NCBI GenBank assembly: GCA_040756875.1
Contig: JBFLYH010000001.1
Span: forward strand, 64,001 to 128,000
Reading direction: 5' to 3'
Source of the DNA: a candidate division FCPU426 bacterium
GTDB taxonomy: Bacteria > Oederibacteriota > JAAXVQ01 > JAUVAV01
DNA: 64,000 nt
Under the pieces are notes generated by a model that was not told the origin of the DNA, did not search any database, and worked only from the letters and a program-made list of their open reading frames with translations. This document shows, piece by piece, positions 58,016-64,000 of the stretch (positions within the stretch are counted from its first letter, which is position 1; each line of letters opens with the position of its first letter). Made by a program: the position numbers and the translations under genes.

Positions 58016-58543
58016 ATGGACAAACTCCTGCCCGGGGCGCGCCTGGCAGCCAGGTTCCTGGCCGCCGGCTTGGCCCTGTTCATTGCGCTGTTCGCTGCGG
58101 ACGAAATCAAAACGCCTTTTTCCGCCCTGGCGCTGCTGATGCATCTGCTGCCTGCCCTGGTGCTGGCCGCATTGGCCTGGCTGGCGTGGAAAAGGCAGTA
58201 CCTGGCCGGCGTCGTATACCTGGGGTTGGGCTGCGTATTTTGGTTTTTCTTTGGCAGCCGGGCTTTTTTCGTAATCAGCGGCCCGGTGCTTTTTCTGGGC
58301 GTGCTTTTGGTCGCGACAGCGGAAAACGGTTCCGGACGCCTGCGGGAAACGCTTGTGGGCGCGGCGGTAGCCGGATTGCTGGCCGTGGATTTTGCGGCGC
58401 TCCACGATATTGCAAAATCCGAACCGGACCCGACCGCGGAATATATCGTGCTGATATTGTCAGCAGCCCTTTTGCTGGCGGCGCTGGTCAGGGAGCGATT
58501 CCGGATATCTCCGCCGGTGGCCGGCAAAAAAATAATATATTAG
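58016..58543 (+). CDS. Membrane hypothetical protein
   Basis: Multiple TM helices; LLMHLLP; LHDI...EP. Confidence 0.6.
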   Translation: MDKLLPGARLAARFLAAGLALFIALFAADEIKTPFSALALLMHLLPALVLAALAWLAWKRQYLAGVVYLGLGCVFWFFFGSRAFFVISGPVLFLGVLLVATAENGSGRLRETLVGAAVAGLLAVDFAALHDIAKSEPDPTAEYIVLILSAALLLAALVRERFRISPPVAGKKIIY

Positions 58544-58615
58544 ACAAAACTAATATGATGTGCTAGACTGCCGCCGGCCTGGGAAACAGGCCGGCTTCCC
58601 GCCGGCAAGGCGGGA
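58541..58615 (+). promoter_or_regulatory. Promoter plus two tandem GC hairpins in 5' leader
   Basis: TAGACA-N17-TAGACT; GCCGGCCTG-GGAAA-CAGGCCGGC and TCCCGCC-GGCAA-GGCGGGA. Confidence 0.55.
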
Positions 58616-58633
58616 GGGGAAAGGAAACTCGCC

Positions 58634-58861
58634 ATGCCGCGTTACGTTTACCACTGCCCGCAGTGTTCGCAGTCCTTTGAAGTGGAAAAATCCATGTCCC
58701 GGGTGCTCGAACCCGAGGCCTGCCCGGCCTGCGGCCAGTCCGGGACCCGCGTGTTCACTCCGCCGGCGGTTTCAGCTACTAAGTTTGGCGCTCCGGCTGC
58801 CGCCGGCCAGGCGGACAGCGGCTGCACCTCGTGCTGCGCCAACGGCGCCTGCGGATTGTAA
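58634..58861 (+). CDS. FmdB-family zinc-ribbon protein
   Basis: MPRYVYHCPQC...FE...CPACG; Cys-rich tail CTSCCANGAC. Confidence 0.88.
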   Translation: MPRYVYHCPQCSQSFEVEKSMSRVLEPEACPACGQSGTRVFTPPAVSATKFGAPAAAGQADSGCTSCCANGACGL

Positions 58862-58928
58862 ACCGATTCTCCCTGCATTTTCGGGTTGAGTTCGCGGCCT
58901 GCGGCTGTGATAATCCTCGGAAATCCAT

Positions 58929-60356
58929 TTGTTTCGCGAGGCTGCCATCAACCCTGCTAGCCCTGTCAACTCCAAATCCGAACAGTCCGTCCGGCGCGCG
59001 GCCCTGACCATCGCGGTGTTGGGCGGCTTTTTGACGCCTTTCATGGGTTCGGCCGTGAACATCGCCCTGCCGTCCATCGGCCGCGAATTTTCCCTGCACG
59101 CCGTGGGCCTGGGCTGGGTGGCCACGGCCTATCTGCTGACCGCGGCCACGTTCCTGCTGCCTTTCGGCCGGCTGGCGGACATCATCGGACGGAAAAAAAT
59201 CTACGCCTGGGGCCTGGCGCTCTATACCCTGGCTTCGCTGTTGTGCGGGCTGGCGCCTGCGGCCCCCCTGCTGATCGGCTTCCGCGCGCTGCAGGGGCTG
59301 GGCGGGGCCATGATATTCGGCACGGCCGTGGCCATCCTCTCCTCGGTGTTTCCCGCGCAGGAGCGGGGCCGGGTGCTGGGGATCAGCGTGGCCTCCACTT
59401 ACCTGGGCCTGTCCGTGGGGCCGGTGGCCGGCGGCCTGCTGACCCAATTCTTGGGCTGGCGCTCCATTTTTTACGCCAACGTGCCCATCGGCCTGCTGGT
59501 GTTGTTGCTGCTGGTATGGAAGCTGAAAGGAGAGTGGGCCGAAGCCAGGGGCGAACGCTTCGATTTGTCCGGCTCCGTGCTTTATGGCCTGGCTTTGATC
59601 GCCCTGATCTACGGTTTTTCCCGCCTCCCCGGCTGGCTGGGCGCTGCCTGCCTGCTGGCCGCGGGTTTCGGATTTTGGGCTTTCGTGCGCTGGGAGCGGG
59701 CCACGCCCCAGCCGGTCCTGCACCTGGACCTTTTCCGCAACCGGGTGTTCGCGTTTTCCTCCCTGGCCGCTTTAATCAATTACAGCGCCACTTTTGCCGT
59801 GGGCTTTCTGCTCAGCCTCTATCTGCAATATATTAAAGGACTGCCGCCGCAAACCGCGGGCCTGGTCCTGATCGTGCAGCCGGTTTTCATGGCCGTGTTT
59901 TCACCCCTGGCCGGCCGGCTGTCCGACCGGATCGAGGCCAGGTTGGTGGCTTCCCTGGGCATGGCGTTCACGGCCGCGGGCATGCTGCTGCTTCTGCTGC
60001 TGGGGCAGGGGACTCCCTTGTGGTTCGTCCTGGTCAGCCTGGTGTTCATGGGTTTCGGCTTCGCCCTGTTCTCCTCGCCCAACACCAACGCGGTCATGGG
60101 CTCCCTGGAGCGGCGGTTTTACGGCGTGGGCTCGGCCACCCTGGGCACCATGCGCCTGACCGGCCAGATGTTCAGCCTGGCGATCACCATGCTGGTCATG
60201 GCCCTGTATTTCGGCGACGCGCCGATCACGGCCGAGTCGCACGGCTTGTTTCTGGCGAGCATGCGCGCGGCCTTTGCCGTGTTCTCGGCCCTGTGCGCGG
60301 CCGGGGTGCTGGCGTCGCTGGCCCGGGGTTCGAACAGCGCCGGTAAACAGACATGA
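58929..60356 (+). CDS. MFS drug efflux transporter (DHA2-like, 14 TM)
   Basis: VNIALP, GRLADIIGRK, FRALQGLG, LGWRSIF, LFSSPN. Confidence 0.92.
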   Translation: MFREAAINPASPVNSKSEQSVRRAALTIAVLGGFLTPFMGSAVNIALPSIGREFSLHAVGLGWVATAYLLTAATFLLPFGRLADIIGRKKIYAWGLALYTLASLLCGLAPAAPLLIGFRALQGLGGAMIFGTAVAILSSVFPAQERGRVLGISVASTYLGLSVGPVAGGLLTQFLGWRSIFYANVPIGLLVLLLLVWKLKGEWAEARGERFDLSGSVLYGLALIALIYGFSRLPGWLGAACLLAAGFGFWAFVRWERATPQPVLHLDLFRNRVFAFSSLAALINYSATFAVGFLLSLYLQYIKGLPPQTAGLVLIVQPVFMAVFSPLAGRLSDRIEARLVASLGMAFTAAGMLLLLLLGQGTPLWFVLVSLVFMGFGFALFSSPNTNAVMGSLERRFYGVGSATLGTMRLTGQMFSLAITMLVMALYFGDAPITAESHGLFLASMRAAFAVFSALCAAGVLASLARGSNSAGKQT

Positions 60357-61609
60357 CCGTTCCGGCCGCGCCCCGCCGCGCTCTCCCGATTTTATTATTC
60401 ACAGTTTTCATCGATATTATGGGGTTCGGCATCATGATCCCCATCATTCCGATTTTACTGGCCGACCCCAAATCCCCGTTTTTCCTGCTGCCGCCGGGCA
60501 TGACCGTAAGGCAGGGTTATATGTTGCTGGGATGCCTGGCTGCCAGCTTCGCCTTCATGCAATTTTTAGCCGCGCCGGTTTTCGGGCAGCTTTCCGACCG
60601 CTACGGGCGCAAGAAAATTTTGGCCATCACCCGCGCCGGTACCAGCGTTTCGTATTTCCTCTTCGCCCTGGGCATTGTCTGGAAAAACCTCCCGTTGCTG
60701 TTCGCCGCCAGGGCGCTGGATGGCGCCACCGGCGGCGTGGTCGCCGTGGCCCAGGCCGCGATCGCCGATCTGACCGACCCGGGCAAGCGCGTGCGGCGTT
60801 TTGCCCTATTGTCCGCGGCTTTTGGCCTGGGATTCATCGGCGGTCCGCTGCTGGGAGGCAAGCTTTCCGATCCCAGCCTGGTTCCGTGGTTCAATGCCAC
60901 TACGCCTTTCTGGGTGGCCGGCCTGCTGGCTTTGGCCAACACGCTGTTCATCAGCCTGTTTTTGCCGGAAACCTTGGCGGCTCCGGCGGCAGCGCGCGGG
61001 GCGATCCGCTGGGACCAGTCCTGGCGGAACGTGCTGCAGGCTTTTTCCCATCCTTCCCTGGGCGTTCTGTTTCTGACCGCGTTCCTGTATCACGCGGGTT
61101 TTTCCTTTTACGCTTCGTTTGCCAGCGTGTTTATGATCAACCGTTTCGGATTCAACCAAGGGCATATCGGCGATTACTTCGCTTTTCTGGGCGGAGTCGG
61201 ACTTCTGACCCAATTGGTTGTCGTGCGCCGGTTGGCCCTGGTGTGGCCGCCGCAGCGGATTCTGCGCGTTATGTTCTGGCTGGCCGGGGCTTTCATGTTT
61301 CTGGCCAGTCTGGCGGCGGTATGGTGGATTTTTGTCGGCATCATGTTCTTGTTCGCGGTCAGCAGCAACCTGATTCAAACCAACAGCACGGGCCTCATCA
61401 GTTCCAGCGCCGGCGGTGCGGTGCAGGGCGAAGTGATGGGCATCTCCTCAAGCCTGGCGTCTCTGGCCATGGGCATCACGCCCCTGTTGTCCGGCTTTTT
61501 GGCGGCGGGCGTTTCTCCGGAGGCGCCCTTGCGTGTGGCGGCGGTTTTGATGTTCGGCGCGGCCTTGATTTTTGCGCGGAAGTTTGGCATCGCTTCCAAC
61601 CCGGGGTGA
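60353..61609 (+). CDS. MFS transporter (TetA/DHA1-like)
   Basis: DIMGFGIMIPIIP, GQLSDRYGRK, RALDGATGG, GFIGGP. Confidence 0.92.
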   Translation: MTVPAAPRRALPILLFTVFIDIMGFGIMIPIIPILLADPKSPFFLLPPGMTVRQGYMLLGCLAASFAFMQFLAAPVFGQLSDRYGRKKILAITRAGTSVSYFLFALGIVWKNLPLLFAARALDGATGGVVAVAQAAIADLTDPGKRVRRFALLSAAFGLGFIGGPLLGGKLSDPSLVPWFNATTPFWVAGLLALANTLFISLFLPETLAAPAAARGAIRWDQSWRNVLQAFSHPSLGVLFLTAFLYHAGFSFYASFASVFMINRFGFNQGHIGDYFAFLGGVGLLTQLVVVRRLALVWPPQRILRVMFWLAGAFMFLASLAAVWWIFVGIMFLFAVSSNLIQTNSTGLISSSAGGAVQGEVMGISSSLASLAMGITPLLSGFLAAGVSPEAPLRVAAVLMFGAALIFARKFGIASNPG

Positions 61610-61723
61610 AGCGTTTCCACCAGGCCGGTTGCCAAAAAAGCCCCAAAAGACCTGCCCAGACAGACTGGGTCCTGGTACAATAACCACTCGACCGGCAGTT
61701 CATCCCCACAGGGGGCTTCGCGC

Positions 61724-62281
61724 ATGTCCAACCTCAAAGGCACGGATATCCTCAGCATCCTGAAACTGGTAAAAAAAGCGGGCGACAGCTTTGAACGCGA
61801 TCTCCTGCAGTCCCTGTCCGAGGAGGCCCGCCGGCTCGCCACCACGGTGATCCCGGTTTCCTGGGTGCCGGTCAGCCTGGCGAGCGAGCTCATGGACAAA
61901 GCCTCCAAACTGCTGTATCCGGCGGAAAAGCTGCCGGTGGCCAAACTGGCCGAGGAGTGCGCCTACGACCACTACCACGGCGTGTACCGCGTGCTGCTCT
62001 CGCTGCTGACCACGCCCGAAGGGCTGATGCGGCGCGGCGCCAAGCTGTGGCAGACCTTTTACGACCGGGGCGAGGGCCGGGTGGAGGAGCTGCCCCCTGC
62101 GGGCGACCGCAAGGTGACGGCGTTCGTGGTGACCAGCATCCCCGATTTGACGCCCGTGAACCGGGAATTCATCGGCCACTGGATCATGACCCTGGCCCGC
62201 ATGGCCGGCATGAAGGATGTGCAGTACCGGCACGACGGATCCAACCCGGACCGCTGGGTCTGGACCTACACCTGGAGATAG
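61724..62281 (+). CDS. V4R/H-NOX-like (DUF2378-like) protein, paralog 5
   Basis: LKGT, VIPVSWVP, GVYRVLL, LWQTFYDRG, ARMAGM. Confidence 0.7.
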   Translation: MSNLKGTDILSILKLVKKAGDSFERDLLQSLSEEARRLATTVIPVSWVPVSLASELMDKASKLLYPAEKLPVAKLAEECAYDHYHGVYRVLLSLLTTPEGLMRRGAKLWQTFYDRGEGRVEELPPAGDRKVTAFVVTSIPDLTPVNREFIGHWIMTLARMAGMKDVQYRHDGSNPDRWVWTYTWR

Positions 62282-62291
62282 GGGGCCTCCC

Positions 62292-64000
62292 GTGACGCCC
62301 AAAAGCCTGGCTGAAGTGGATTTTGCCGGATTGACGCAGGGCGCTTTTTTTCCTTCGCCCGCGGCCTGGGAAGACCAGGTGCTGTACTTCATGCTGGTGG
62401 ACCGGTTTTCCGACGGCCGGGAAAAAGATTACACGGACAACGACGGACGGCCCGTGACCCAGGGCCAGACGCCCCGCTTCGCGCCGGCTGACCGGGGCAA
62501 TGCCCTGGCCACGCCCCAGGAGCAACAGGCCTGGTTCGACGCCGGCGGAAAATTCGTCGGCGGCACGCTGTCCGGCTTGCGCGGCAAGCTGGGCTACCTG
62601 CAGCGCCTGGGCGCGACCGCCATCTGGATCAGCCCGGTGTTCAAGCAGGCGGCGTGGACCGATTCCTACCACGGCTACGGCATCCAGAACTTCCTCGACG
62701 TAGACCCCCATTTCGGCACGCGCGAACAGCTCCGGGAAGTCGTGGCCGAGGCCCACCGCCTGGGGATCTATGTGATTTTGGACATCATTCTCAACCATAC
62801 GGGCGACGTGTTCGAGTACGCGCCCGACCGTTACGAAGTCAGGGACGCGGAAGGCCGCCTGACGGGCTTTGATGCGCGCTGGGACGGGCGTCCTTACGCG
62901 GTGGCCGGATTCAAGGACGCCTCGGGCCAGGCCAGCCTGCCGTTCGGGCCCGTGGGGGCGCAGGCCTGGCCCGACGCAGCTGTATGGCCCGCGGAGTTCC
63001 AGGCGCCCGAGACTTTTTCGCGGCTGGGCCGGATTTCCAACTGGGACTATGACCCGGAATTCCGCGAGGGCGATTTCCTGAGCCTGAAGGACGTGCATCT
63101 GGGCCGGGGCGGCGCGGATGACTACCGGCCTTCGCCGGCCTTGCGGGCTTTGTGCGAAGTGTACAAGTATTGGGTCGCCTACGCGGACCTGGACGGGTTC
63201 CGCGTGGACACGGTCAAGCACATGGACGCCGGGGCGGCCCGCTTTTTCACCTCGGTCATCCACGAGTTCGCGCAGAGCCTGGGCAAGGAGAACTTCTACC
63301 TGGTGGGCGAGATCACCGGCGGCCGCCAGCGCGCCTTTGAAACCCTCGAGACCACGGGCTTGAACGCCGCCTTGGGCATCGACGACATTCCGGACAAGCT
63401 CGAATACCTGGTGAAAGGCTGGCGCAATCCGCAGGAATACTTCGACCTGTTCCGCAACTCGCTGCTGGTGCAGAAGGAATCGCACGTGTGGTTCCGCAAC
63501 CGCGTGGTCACGACGTTTGACGACCACGACCAGGTGCGCAAGGGCGGGAACAAGGCGCGCTTCTGCCACAACGAGGCGCCGGGGCAGGACAACGCCCGGC
63601 TCGTGTTGAACGCCCTGGCCCTGCTCGCCACCACGCTCGGCATTCCCTGCGTGTACTACGGCACGGAGCAGGGCTTCGACGGCCACGGGGACAACGACCG
63701 GTACTTGCGCGAAGCCATGTTCGGCGGCGCGTTCGGGCCCTTCGGCAGCCGCGGCCGCCACTGCTTCGACGAATCCCAGCCCGTGTATTGCGAGCTGGCC
63801 AAGATCCTTGCCTTGCGGCGGACTCATCTGGCCCTGCGCCGGGGGCGTCAGTACCTGCGCCCCGTTTCCGGCAATGGCGTGGATTTCGGGCTGCCCGTGC
63901 GCTGGGGCGAGGGGCCCATGCGTTCGCTGGTGGCCTGGTCGCGGATATTCAACGACCGGGAAATGCTGTGCGCGCTCAACACCGACCCGGCCGGCGAGCA
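62292..64000 (+). CDS. Alpha-amylase family glycoside hydrolase (GH13), runs off window end
   Basis: Manual translation: LYFMLVDRFSDG, YHGYG, DIILNHTGD, DGFRVDTVKH, VGEI, FDDHD; absent from the ORF track because it has no stop in the window. Confidence 0.93.
   Translation, partial: MTPKSLAEVDFAGLTQGAFFPSPAAWEDQVLYFMLVDRFSDGREKDYTDNDGRPVTQGQTPRFAPADRGNALATPQEQQAWFDAGGKFVGGTLSGLRGKLGYLQRLGATAIWISPVFKQAAWTDSYHGYGIQNFLDVDPHFGTREQLREVVAEAHRLGIYVILDIILNHTGDVFEYAPDRYEVRDAEGRLTGFDARWDGRPYAVAGFKDASGQASLPFGPVGAQAWPDAAVWPAEFQAPETFSRLGRISNWDYDPEFREGDFLSLKDVHLGRGGADDYRPSPALRALCEVYKYWVAYADLDGFRVDTVKHMDAGAARFFTSVIHEFAQSLGKENFYLVGEITGGRQRAFETLETTGLNAALGIDDIPDKLEYLVKGWRNPQEYFDLFRNSLLVQKESHVWFRNRVVTTFDDHDQVRKGGNKARFCHNEAPGQDNARLVLNALALLATTLGIPCVYYGTEQGFDGHGDNDRYLREAMFGGAFGPFGSRGRHCFDESQPVYCELAKILALRRTHLALRRGRQYLRPVSGNGVDFGLPVRWGEGPMRSLVAWSRIFNDREMLCALNTDPAGE

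Noticed and set aside
62184-63827. 547 aa minus-strand ORF
   Set aside because: Antisense shadow of the GH13 gene, which has all catalytic motifs on the plus strand.

Overview
A GC-rich bacterial chromosomal window with about 70 CDS and no rRNA, tRNA, canonical CRISPR array or intact transposase/integrase. In order: (1) 1-5.8 kb, arsenic/thiol-redox/metal cluster (permease end, small thioredoxins, DGC, CcdA, ArsC, Acr3, ZIP, flavodoxin); (2) a K+ channel coupled to a stand-alone cNMP-binding gene; (3) bacterial NrpR divergent from an FMN glutamate-synthase-family gene, with readable promoters and repeated GGCAA..TRCC operator candidates; (4) a ~100 bp double-hairpin element resembling IS200/IS605 ends; (5) a 1470 aa PocR/GAF/PAS kinase plus receiver; (6) a TetR-MMPL-LolA-like-outer-membrane operon; (7) many small accessory genes, including four secreted proteins with T9SS type-A-like C-terminal domains and five dispersed paralogs of a V4R/H-NOX-like (DUF2378-like) family; (8) MFS pumps and a partial GH13. 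The most unusual part is 43.5-52 kb. It is a partly AT-rich run of mostly co-oriented cassette-like genes (HNH, DUF2971, truncated and full DUF1016/PDDEXK nuclease, GNAT, secreted proteins) punctuated by eight same-strand copies of a ~29 bp GGGAC...GTCCC-type repeat. It also holds a near-identical 222 bp duplicated leader and free intergenic copies of the palindromic segment found inside the DUF1016 genes, one of them lying between two repeats like a spacer. Family assignments come from motif recognition by eye, not database searches. The CTD plus Thr-Pro-linker style suggests a diderm candidate-phylum organism (FCPU426-like), which is inference only.
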